This document shows, piece by piece, positions 1 through 11,800 of a stretch of 64,000 nucleotides of DNA; positions within the stretch are counted from its first letter, which is position 1; each line of letters opens with the position of its first letter. The notes below the pieces were generated by a model. That model had not been told where the DNA came from, did no database searches, and was given only the letters and a program-made list of their open reading frames with translations. The DNA lies in assembly GCA_946965045.2 (NCBI GenBank), contig OX337235.1, positions 1,922,001 through 1,986,000 of the forward strand, given 5' to 3'. This stretch comes from Epithemia pelagica. Its lineage: Eukaryota; Protista; Bacillariophyta. Made by a program: the position numbers and the translations under genes.

Positions 1-2
1 AC

Positions 3-638
3 GTACTGAGAGAAGTTTTGCGCTTGCATCCACCGAATACCCTGGGCCCAATGCGAGTTCTTACGAAAGATGTTGCGGTGTCGTGCGCTGTTACGGAACC
101 GTCACCACGCTCCGTAAACGTAGGAGATACAACCGTTGACATGGGGAAACAAAAGGTGATTCAAAATGACGATACAACTGCTACAACTTCACAATACTAC
201 AGTGTCCTTCCTGCGGGTTCTGTGGTCTTGATGCCACTCTCTGTACTTCATCAAAATAAACAAATCTTCGACCTTCCAGATACCTTTCAGCCTCAGCGAT
301 GGGAACACGCGACAGACGACATGTTCTGGTCGTACATGCCGTTTTCGGCAGGCTCCGTAGGATGTTGTCCGAATGCTGGTGGGGGTGCACGACAGCAACT
401 CCAACCGTACCTTGTTCATACTGCAGTCGATATCATCCTGCAAAGGCTTTTGAAGCGCCATGAGTTTTGGGTAGTTGAGAACAAGAGGTCAACGATGGCA
501 TCAATGTCCACAACGGAACGAAGAAATGCCCCTTTTAGTTTTTCTCTACCGTTTGGACAACCAACACTCACGAGTTTTAAACTCTCGGTTCATTTGGGGG
601 ATACGGAGACTGAAAAAATCATCCACAGGGAAGATTAA
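3..638 (+). CDS. Cytochrome P450, C-terminal part (gene starts upstream of the window)
   Basis: Frame from base 3 reads VLREVLRLHPP (K-helix ExxR), then FQPQRW (PERF-like meander) and PFSAGSVGCCP (atypical heme-Cys region). Confidence 0.7.
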   Translation, partial: VLREVLRLHPPNTLGPMRVLTKDVAVSCAVTEPSPRSVNVGDTTVDMGKQKVIQNDDTTATTSQYYSVLPAGSVVLMPLSVLHQNKQIFDLPDTFQPQRWEHATDDMFWSYMPFSAGSVGCCPNAGGGARQQLQPYLVHTAVDIILQRLLKRHEFWVVENKRSTMASMSTTERRNAPFSFSLPFGQPTLTSFKLSVHLGDTETEKIIHRED

Positions 639-946
639 TCACCAATCACTGAGCTACGACATCAATTAGAGAATTCTCGTGTGCGTGAAGCGTGAAGCTA
701 CGAACATTCATCTGTCCACAATCTCGCATGGTAGGAGGTAGGAGTAAGAAATTTGAAATAATGGGAAATGGGATAACCTTATGGGATACTCGTACTCGTA
801 CTCGCTACAGTTCGTCGGGTGAGTTGAAAGTTGTTGAAGACCACTTCCAAACAAAAGAACCTGTTCACAGCACAAGAGCAACGAGGTTCAAGAAGTCAAA
901 GAATCGAAAACTCCAGAATAAGTCGATGTGAGCATCGCCATACCAA

Positions 947-998
947 GGAGATGGGGTAATCCTGAGCAGGTCGCTACCTTACCAGTCAGATACTGACT
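947..998 (+). repeat. Left TIR of the Harbinger element (TSD CAA at 944-946)
   Basis: GGAGATGGGGTAATCCTGAGCAGGTCGCT matches the reverse complement of 12444-12472 at 27/29; weaker similarity continues to CTGACT at 998. Confidence 0.9.
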
Positions 999-1044
999 GT
1001 GACCTATAGGAGTTACCGAACGCTTTTTCTGCATAAAGAACACT

Positions 1045-2063
1045 CTAGCGACAAAAGATGATATACCGACTGCTAGTACTATTAAAACCCACCACCACCC
1101 GGTTCATAACCGCTACATATTTGTACTGCTTGTCATCTTCCACTTCGATCTGAAACACTTTCGCCTCACCATTTTCAATCTTCATCTGAACCAGATTCAC
1201 CACTGCTCCAAACACCTTGTGATGCCCATCCAGATCTCCTCTGTATTTCTCCTTTAAGATATTGTAATGTTTCAGTAAAGTGTTGACAGTTTCATGTCTC
1301 GCCCTGGCATCAGCCATCATCTTGTCTTGATAGTCATTTCTTCCAGTAGGTGTGACAAAGTAGCATCCAGAATCGTTGTAACCACCATCAGCAATCACTT
1401 TCTCATTCGGTAGTAGCTCTTGAACAAGCCAGTCTCTGGCAATCCGTAGGTCTGGCCAAGCGCCACAAGGGAATGCACCATTCCACCACACTATCCAGCC
1501 AGTTTTCAGGCAGATTCCCACCTCATACCTCACACCTGCTCCCTTAAACTTGTGCGAGTACCATTTTGGATCAAAAGGTGACAGCTCCAAAATCCTGAAG
1601 TACCATCCAAACTAATGAAACAGACCTGTCCAGGTACACAACAATCAAACCTATTGTCCCATACAATCTGTTATAAGAACAACAGCAATGGTCAGATATG
1701 AGGAGGACGACTTCATGGCAAATTCATGTAGGGCCATGTACTTACATAATTAAGACCACTATACAACAAATTTACAAACACTTTGACCCACTTCCTGTAG
1801 GTCTTCCTCGTTGTTTTGGCTATTGAGACCATAACATCCTCTGTAGCATAGACTTTCAGAAAAGCCAGTGTCCACAACAAATGACGAGGCGATGCACCTT
1901 TGGGCAATGAACTGTCCAGTTCATCCCACACATGAACACAGAGCAAAGGAGACATTCCAAAGTAAGAACGAAAAGCACGTGAGAAATCAAGTGAGTGTGA
2001 GTGTCTTGCTCTACCAAGCATTGGCAGAGCCAAGTTGATGAATGTTCGTTGTGTCACCAACAT
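1045..2063 (-). pseudogene. Harbinger DDE transposase, two exons (2063-1746, 1667-1045), frameshifted near 1600
   Basis: Intron GTAAGT...TAACAG joins NY to IVWDNRF in phase 0. Motifs ISLDGT, PFDPKWYSHKF, RYEVGIC, VIADGGY and RARHETVN are present. The frame changes between LDGT and ILELSPF. Confidence 0.85.
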
Positions 2064-2403
2064 GGTGGGAGAAAACCGCTGTGGAAAATTTATGTTTGCT
2101 CAGTGTGTGTCGCGATGCTGACCACACCTTTACTCTGATCTCGGTCTGTCTGTGTGTAGTACTGTCAGTTCATTGGAACAGGTTTTTTGGAATTTCATCA
2201 CGTTCATTTGATTGGCTGGTCAGTTGAGCAGTGACACTAAACTTTGTACTGTTCTACATATAGTGACCAATTCGAATTCGTGTCCGGTCATTGGAACCGG
2301 CCTGGAACGGTGCAGAAATCGATTCAAAAATCGTTTTCATTCAAAAACTGGAATTTCTGAATGGCCCTACCTCGCCAACATCCTATTACTTTCTACATCT
2401 TAA

Positions 2404-2625
2404 GCGACCCACATATTGCCCTTATCTTGGGTTAACTGTGGGTCGCTTGATTATATCATTTGAACCACTAGAAAGTGTCCTGGGTCGGTTTTGAAAAAAC
2501 GACCTGGCTCGAAAAAATCGACCCAGCTCGTTTTTTAAAACCGACCCAGGACACCTTATAAGTGCCCAATTCACTTGGACGAACGACCCACGGTTGACCC
2601 AAGGCAAGGGCAATACGTGGGTCGC
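2404..2625. repeat. 222-bp imperfect palindrome with clustered CGACCC motifs between the divergent Harbinger genes
   Basis: 43-bp arms 2404-2446 / 2583-2625 (37/43) and perfect 18-bp arms 2475-2492 / 2537-2554 share the centre 2514.5. Confidence 0.9.
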
Positions 2626-2818
2626 ACTACTTTCAGAATTGGAGCCAAATTGGGCATGGCCTCCTCGATTGAAAAATGGAGTCCATGATGAAAACCGACC
2701 CAGTCCGGATTTTGGTGAACTGTTTTTAGGGTCATAATTAGTTTTCGTGCGAACAGACCAGTCTGGTTTTGCACTCCCTCGCGCTATTGTTTTACGTACT
2801 AATAGTACCTATACTCCG

Positions 2819-5800
2819 ATGACCAGGTCTGGCCGCAACACTTTGGGCGAGGGTGCCCTACTTTCGTGGGATTCAAAGTCGAAAGATGCCGAATTCCTTG
2901 ACAAAATCGTGTCAGAAGGCTTGATTCTGGAGAGCGCCACACCCAAATCTGTGTGGTTGGAACACGCTGTTTTCCAAAAGTACAAATTGGAATCATTCAG
3001 GTCGGCACTCAACAAAGCCAAAAACAAATACCAAGTCCACTTGAAGGATCAACATGAGAAAGAGACTGGTCATGAGTTGTTGGGTGGTGGTGAGACGGCC
3101 CCATCTATGGATGGAAAGGTAAGGAACCCCAATGATGGAGATCTCAAACCAGCTCCTTCTTTGTTTGGGTCGTCCAAAGGACAAGGTAAGTGCCAGTGTA
3201 CACTGTTTGTTTGATTGTTGAGTCACTGTCCTTACCTGTGGTGGTTTATTGTCTTTTATGACCAGGTGTTGCTGCCAAGGTCGCTCCTGAGTCTGTTGTC
3301 AGTGACGATGCTATGGTGAAGAAAAGGGCGGCAGGATCCATGCCATTACAGGAGACACTACAGGTACAACTACAACAAAAGAGGAAAAAGACAAATGAAG
3401 AAGACAGTGGTAATGACATGATGAGGAATTGGGAGCCTCCTCATGTCTTGACACAGTGGGTCGACGACAAGAAACAGCGTCATTTGGTGATTTTGGTGGT
3501 GTTGCCTACAGGTATTGCACATGAAGACACAACAAATTGCTTGATTGAAGTGGATCCAAGCCAGCTACAGGTACATGTGAAGGTAATTTGGCCTGACAAC
3601 GCAACTCATATCCATTATCTAACCCAAAACATGCACAGAGAGTGGCATGTCGAGGAGAAAAACCTACGAATGAAACTTGCTTTGGAAGACGCCATGAATC
3701 AGATGCGAAAAAGAGAAACAGACTTTGTCAGGCCAAAGTTTTCTCTTTCTCTTCCTTTCATGGTCCAAAGCAGGTTTGACTACGAATTTATGTACGACAC
3801 AACAAACGGATTCAGAGCGTTGTTGATTTCCCTACATGAGCCGGACGCCAAGTTTTGTTACAATTCTTTCTGAATCGTAGGGACATTGATGCTCGGTAGA
3901 GCAGACAATCAGGTAGGTCACCAACCGATACAAGCTTCTCAGGGTCAGAGAAGCAAGCAAGTCGAAGTCTATCAGAAGGATAGTCGGGACACAAAAGAGG
4001 ATGTGATAAATGGTGATATTATTAGATTGTGTGTTGATTACTACGATAGGTCTACGTGAAATGTTCGGTCCTGCCAAGGGTCATGTATCATAGGTTCTTG
4101 GCGGCAACAGGTTTGGAATAGTTGGAGTTGATTCGTGTGATGTATATGACATGTATATGTGGGCGGATAACATATACAGGGTCAACAGCTCTTGCTTTGG
4201 GTTGGCATAGTTGTTTTCATGGCGCGCAGCTTGTTGACAATTTGGAGATTGTGGGAATGGAAATATGGTCTCGCGTGATCGTGTGTCGTGCTTGGGATAC
4301 TTAGATCGTTGGATCGGATAGATGCCGATAGCGCTCGGATGTCGCTTGGGCGCGCTCGATGATTTCGGGCGCGTACGCTTAGGGCGTTAGTACAGTGTCC
4401 GAGCAACGGCCAAATTTACGTCCGTTGTAATACCGCACGACCCAATTTAGTCTTGAGAGTGAGTTCGTCAATCTATTCTCACTTTTCATGATTTGCGAAG
4501 AAATATAGGTCGATATAGCGCGAAGCTAGGAAACATAGCTCGAAGCTAGAGGGCATGATGCGATAGCACGAGGCTATGTGACATGGGGAATCGATGAGAT
4601 GTAGAATCTAACCACCATAGACGGTGAGAATTCTAACACTCCCCACAACTCGTCGTTTCAGCCTTGTCATCATTGGATTTGTTGAGATCTTGAACTTCTC
4701 CTTTCCAAAACAACAATGGCTTGAGCATGGGCCAAATAGATACGAAATCCCAATGTTTGCTAAGGATATCGGCAGGGTTGGTCTTTCCATCTTTCCAGTA
4801 GAATGCAACATACTTTGCTGCGATGGCTTCACGAACTCGGTGGTATGACAGAAGATGGTGTCTCTTGGATAGTATGGAGTGAGGAACGGTTGCATTGAGC
4901 ACAACAGATCTGTTATCTCCGTACAAGTAACTTCGCTCTCGGATAGGTACTCCAAGGTAGCGGAGAGAATGTCGTAATTCTGTAATCTGATCTATTGCTG
5001 TCCTTGCAGCCACAAACTCGGATCCATAGGTAGCAGTTTCCACCGTGCTCTGTCTCTTGCTGTACCAGTCAATAGGTGTTCCGTTCAACAAATGTAGAAC
5101 AGCAGTGACGGATTTACCAGTGACTATGTCATGCATGAGATTGGCATCAACATAATGAGTTGTGGTAACATAGCGGCCAAGAGGTGTTGGGCAGTCTTCA
5201 GGAATACGTTCACTTGCATTCGAATAGACAGTGCGAGTCCAATCAAATTCTTGGGTAGGAAGACTTGAATAATCAGGCTCTCCAATCCTAAATCTGATTG
5301 CGCCTTCTGGGAGATGTGCAAGGTATCCATAGATACGCTTGGCTCTATCAAGATGTCCTTTCCTCGGAGCAGCACGAAAGCGTGATAGCGTCATTGTAGC
5401 GGTGAAGACGTCGAAACGACCAATAGTGATCACCCATTGGAGTTGTCCAATCAGAGTTTGGAAATGGCTAGTACCTTCTTCATCAAGGAGCTCAGAATCA
5501 TCCAATTCAGGATGGTCTCCACCAATAAGAGGTGTTTTGGCTTTCTTGGGTTTCTCCTTGAAGATTCGTTCGAAAGTGTCCATCATCTTACCAATGTAGC
5601 GTCTTGGATCTGCTACGAATGTTCCATCAGAATCCTTGGTGTAACAACATCCCAAATGGAAATCAATAGGTCCATCTCCTTTGAGTTTGAAGTTGTATTT
5701 CTCCTTCAGGATCTTGCAGATATTCCCAGGATCAGTAGAAATAATGGCTAAGTCATCAACGTATACGGCAATGTATTCGTAACAGTCTTCTCCAGGTGCT

Positions 5801-8800
5801 TTCCTCATCCAGATATCCGGATCTGCTTTGCTTGGTGAAAATCCCATGTCTGTCAAAACATCGAATAAGACATCATGCCAGCGTGCGCCTGATGACTTCA
5901 ATCCATAAAGTGCCTTGTATATAATCAGGATGTGACCTTCTAATTCCTTGAATTCAGGTCCTGCGACAATGAAAATTTTCTCCCCTGTCAAGGCTTCCAG
6001 ATATGCATTTCCAATATCTGCTCCCCATATTTCCAAGTCATTCAAAGTACCCAGGAATAAGGCAATGCGGAGGTTGCGAATGGAAACAACACCTGAATAG
6101 ATTGTCTCAACAGGTTCTTTTGTGAGATGTCCATCTGCGACAAGTCTTGCTTTATGTCGTCCATCATGTTTTACGTCAAAGACAAGATGCACACGTATCT
6201 TATGATATCCTTCAGGTGCATTGGATACTTTCCCTTTAATGAAGATGGCTTTCCCAAAATCCTTGAATGTCTTGTAGGATTGGATCTGTGACAATTCTAA
6301 TTCTGTTGCATCCTGCCACTTTGTGTTGCCATGTTGTTTATCAAGAGCAACAGCTTCCTCATAATTGCGTGGTACTTGAAATCCAAACTTATACTTGACG
6401 GAATGGTGAACTTGTTTAATCCTTGACTGTTTGGCTGCTTGAATGAGACGTTTGCTTGTTTTGACATAACGTTTCAAATGCTTCCATCCAGGTTCGTTGA
6501 GTAAACCATGTTTCTTTCCATAAATTGCTACAGTGATCGGATCATCATTGGCGATGAGTGATAAAGGTTCATAGGTAGTCTCCCCAGTTTCCCAATCAAC
6601 AAGCAAATTATATTTGCTCCCCTTGTAATCTGGATCAGTTGTGTTCAGTGGGCCTTGATGGGCAATGACATCCCTGAACCTGAAAAGATTATCTCCAGAG
6701 GTTTGAGCTTGGTTATCTCGTTCGATATACTCCATGAGTTGATTATAGGATATCATCTCATCAACATCAGAATTTGTCTTTCGGTAAATGTACTTGACAC
6801 GTTCTTCCTGTTTCGTTGCTTCTTCATTAAGATCAATGACTCGTTTGATGACACGTGCACGGTGTCGCTCCCCATTTTCTTCTGTGTCGCATAGGAATGT
6901 GCGTCCTATCATGTCGTCAAAATCGATCGTGGGCATTGGTTTGGATGGATCTTCACTATCACTGCGAATGAAGACAGTGTCAGCTTGCTTATCATTGTCA
7001 TCCTTCTCAGACGAATCCTCCCCTGAAGGTCGATCCACACGTAGGTTAGGTGTAGTGGATTCAACACGGCGAACGGCAGAACGATAGATTAGCTGGTTAT
7101 CCTGGGTGAGAATTTTCCAAGTAAAAGAATCACCAACGTTGTGAGCAAAACCAACCCAGTGGCCAAGTTTCTCATCAGAAGAAGATGGATATGAACCGGA
7201 ATTGGGTTCAGCGGGGTCGACACGGTAGTAAACCTCATCCCAGAAAGGAAAGAACAAGAGATGAGTAATGTCGGGTGGGCGACCGGAGAGAGCCTCAAGA
7301 GGAGTGCGACCGGAGTGGGTGGGTGATGACGTATGGTTCAATAAGTCACAGACATACTCAAGGCAAAGGAGCCAGGTGTTGGCAGGGCAACCAGTGGCAT
7401 TCATGAGAGCGTTGGTCATACGTTTAACGGTCTGATAACGGTTTTCAGCCTTATTCTGGTGTTGATGATAAGGTTCAGATCGATACTCCCCAATAAGCAA
7501 AGTGCGAAGAATGTCTTTGACCTTTTGAGAGATGAGAGATGAACCACCATCACTGATAAGGGTCTCCATGGCACCACGAAACCGGATGTTATCCTGGAGA
7601 GTATTGACAAACTGTTTGGTCGACTTGATCCCATAGATATCAGTAACCAGAGTATCTCGACCAACAAAGATTTGTGCGACTTTACCGCCATGGTCAACAG
7701 CAGGGGTGTCGGAGAAAACCGAGTCAGTAGCAACGGGTTCATGACGTCGAGGTATATTAAGGACCGGATTGCGAGCCTTGAAATGTTTCTTGAGGGTGTC
7801 GTGGTCAAAAGTAATGCTACCATTACGTGTAGTGTGCTTGAACGTATCGGCAATAACATCTTCAGATTGCCAACCAAAGAATGGACGGAACTTCTTCCAG
7901 TCATACGCTTCCTGGTAACGACGGTGGACAGAGGCATGAAGTGTAGGATCATTACCTTCTGCGTCAGCATAGATAGAAAAGAAGGGTGCGTCGTCAGGTC
8001 CATGATCATATGGGAGATCCAAAAGGAGATTGAGGTTACAAACAACACGATCAGTGTACTCCCCATAGTTGTCATATGGATGGTTCGACATACTACCATC
8101 AGTCTTGACGTGTTTCCAATCAGGATCATTGTCAGAGGGTGTGGGAGAATACGAATGGTCCAGAACACCAGGATCCCATGTGTCGGGTGACGTGAAGATG
8201 ATCTGAGGTAAGGTATCCATGTCATCGTCACTGGGGATACCCAAGGAGTGGATGTAGGCTAACCCATCCTTGATGTGAAGGGGTATGGCACGACCATCAA
8301 GTGTAGTGATGCGTTGTTTACCATCAACTTTAACAGATCGTTCATCAACAGCAAGTCCGAAATGCTCGAATTGACCAGGAGCATGGATAGATAAGCCCTT
8401 CCCATAATAAGCATATTCATTGAAGATGCCGACAATAGGTCCATCATTGGTCTCAAACTTTGCGGCACATGTGACGACAGGAAGCCCAGTAAGTTCATGG
8501 TTATCAATACCCACAATAGTGATATGACGGCCAGTCTTAGAAAGGATGCGCATGTCAGAACCAGCAAGTCCTCCATTAGCACCACGGTCAATCAATTGAT
8601 TCCCTGGTAAAGTAGATTTCCTGGAAAACAGATAGCGTGGGACATGTCCTGCTTGTTTATGCATGTTGGCTTTGAAAGTAACCTTCTTGCTTGTCTTGGA
8701 CTTGGCGTTAGAAAGAACACTAGTCAGGTCAGTTGCCGGGTGATTGATATCAGTCGTCATGGCTTGGTTGATAAATTGTGTAACCGGATCTGAATCATCT

Positions 8801-11800
8801 GAATGCTCAGGGACTACGCCAGGTGAGTCGTCATCAGATGCAACTTGGTTGGGGTCAGGATCAGGTTCCGGATCAATGTCGAGGGCATGTGTTTGCACTG
8901 TCCTCGGTGTTGTTGATGAAGGTGCTTGAATCATCTTGTTATACTCAATGATCAACTTGCGATCTTCTTCAGAAAGTTTGAACCATAGGTCACGCGGTAG
9001 ACTAACCTTGGACGAAGAGGATGGAGATTCAGATGTCGCTTTGGTGTTGTGGACATGATACTCCATATCATCTTGTGAGGTTATGTCAGCATCTGTATCT
9101 TGGCCATATAGTGATTCATGTTGTTTGACATGTCGACGGCGACTATGAACAGATGACTGGGTTGCTTGATCATGGTCATAAGCTGCGTCTAGAAGGAGAC
9201 GGAAGTATGATTGATAGCAAAGGGATTTTGCACCGGATTTGGTGTTCACCACATTATCCAAGATCTTGACTCGGCGGAGATCAGGTACCTTTTCTACAGC
9301 TTGCATGAGGAAGGTCATCCTGGTATGATCAGGGATGCGATCAGACAATGTCACTAAATTGTCTAGCAAACGTAGCTGCTCTTGAAAGTGTAGAAGAAAT
9401 TGACGTGTTGTTCCGCGCCATGTGTCGTCAAGACGTAGATTGGAAATGTAGTTGGTTAAGCGGAGGACTTCTCGCTTTGCTAGGTCGGATTCGGTATGCA
9501 AAGAGTGTAACTTCTGCAATACGGCACGCGCATCTTCATCATGTTCATGTTCACGTACATAGGCTCGACCTTGGTCAGTCTGAATGATACGGACAAGAAC
9601 GGAGTAAAGAAATACTTGTTGCTCTTGAAAAAGTTCTTCGGCATACTCATCATCATGGGGTGGTGTGTATTTGAAATTCAGGACGTTGGATAGGCCTTGA
9701 GCCTTAGCTGTAGTCTTGAATACACGCCAGAATGAATCGTAGTATCGTTCATCCTTGAATACCTCGTATGCAGTTGCGTCGCGCTTAGTTCCCTTTCTGA
9801 ATGCTGTAAGGTCTTGTTGAGATTGGGATGCGGCAGTAACTGTGCTGACAGATTTCACAGATGACGGTGACTTCATTGGCGAGACTGGGACTTGACTAGG
9901 TGGTCCCTTAGAGAAATCTGTGTTGATCCTCCAAGTGTTGAACTCTTTCCTCGTTAGGTTCATCCAGTCGCTATTGGATAGCTCGTCTTGAATTTCATTG
10001 GTCTTGTATGTGGCCCAATAAGCCAAGAGCTTGATCTGCTGTCTTGTGGGGCCTTGTAGATCATGTGTCTGTTTGTTGACCTTGTATTGTGTCAGTTCCT
10101 TCATGGATTCCTCGGTATTAGTTTGCATATACGAGATAACATGGGTAATGTTCTCAAAACCATGGTATTTCATCCACTTCATTAAGTAGTCGGCCCTTTC
10201 TTTGGTGAAGAATTGGCAGACAGTAAATATGATGTGGTCGAATAGGTCTGTGTCCGAGACATTGTCTTGGTTATCTTCTCCCTTAGGAGTCGTAGGTGTC
10301 TTGGGTGATTGAGGATCCATGGTGTTATTTGGTTGGTTCGATGTTTATTTAATGTGCGGTGTGATGTGGTTTATTTAATGTGTGATGTGATGTGAACCCG
10401 GATGTACCACGTGTGCCACGTATGTACCACGTATGTGATACCCGGATGTGTGTTGTGATGTGCGACTCCTGGAAATTTCCGTTGATTTCGACAAATTTTC
10501 GCCGAGTTTCAACAAATTTTCGCCGAATTTTCGCGATTTGACGGGAATGTGTGACGTGTTGTGCGACCAAGGGTACCCGGATGTGCGTTGAGTTTAAGTC
10601 TTGGAAAGGTTTTGAGAGGACGGGAGTTAACTATGAGTAATTAAGCTTCGGTCTCCGAATCCTCACCCTCTTCCGAATGATCAGAGTCGCTTCCAGGCTC
10701 AGATGGGGCAGCACAAGCAACAGAAGAAGGGGAATCACCTTCAGCCAGGTGGTTCTCGACCTCGGCACGCAAAGGGTAGATAGTTGCACGATGGTCCTCG
10801 ATGGTATGGACCTCGTGGATGTAGGCAACGTAGTTATCTAGGCGTACAACGTTAGGAGGCAGAGGGCAAGTCGTCGCGTTCACGACGTGGATGGTATTGT
10901 AGTATCCAGTTGGGCGCTCGAAGGTTAGGAAGCGGAGGTGGACAGTACGGATGGGGTTGCCCGAGAGGGCGGCAAAGATGAGGCGACGCCTCGGAGAACG
11001 ATGAAGTTGGTCGTTCAGACGGTCAATGTCTTCTTGGTCGACGATGTGGGTCACCGATTGGAACTGGCGTTCGATCTGGGTCTCCCCACGGATGATCTCG
11101 GGATCGAAGGTCGAACAAGTTGGTTGGCGGAAGTACTTGATATGATCAGCAATCAACCGGGTGGTACGACGGGATCGAGAAGGGACGAGCCGACGAGGCG
11201 GACTCGGGGGCCGAAGCAACGGCGCAGGGATTGGAGCGTGAGGCTGGGTTGGAGTCTCGAATGGGTTGCTGTCGGAACTGTCGACGGAGATGTTGACCGA
11301 TGTGTTGGCTGCCTTCGGCGTCGGCACCAGTTCCTGCTGCACCAAGGTATCGGGCTGCCCGGGATGCAGGTTGGCTCGATAGATCTGTCGTACAGGAGTG
11401 ATAATCTCGTTAGTATCCATGAAACCACAAGGAAATAAGCTTTGAGACTGTTAATCTGTTACAATTCTTTCTGAATCGTAGGGACATTGATGCTCGGTAG
11501 AGCAGACAATCAGGTAGGTCACCAACCGATACAAGCTTCTCAGGGTCAGAGAAGCAAGCAAGTCGAAGTCTATCAGAAGGATAGTCGGGACACAAAAGAG
11601 GATGTGATAAATGGTGATATTATTAGATTGTGTGTTGATTACTACGATAGGTCTACGTGAAATGTTCGGTCCTGCCAAGGGTCATGTATCATAGGTTCTT
11701 GGCGGCAACAGGTTTGGAATAGTTGGAGTTGATTCGTGTGATGTATATGACATGTATATGTGGGCGGATAACATATACAGGGTCAACAGCTCTTGCTTTG

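Noticed and set aside
2404-2625. Independent MITE nested in the Harbinger
   Set aside because: No flanking target-site duplication found; kept as an internal palindrome, though not fully excluded.
7416-8231. 271-aa alternate-frame ORF and many shorter ORFs overlapping gag-pol
   Set aside because: Shadow frames of an intact polyprotein; no motifs.
10641-11420. Calling the extra copia ORF an env gene
   Set aside because: No signal peptide or TM segment, and it lies 5' of gag rather than 3' of pol.
10938-11438. 166-aa antisense ORF over the copia extra ORF
   Set aside because: GTG start; expected shadow of a GC-rich sense ORF.
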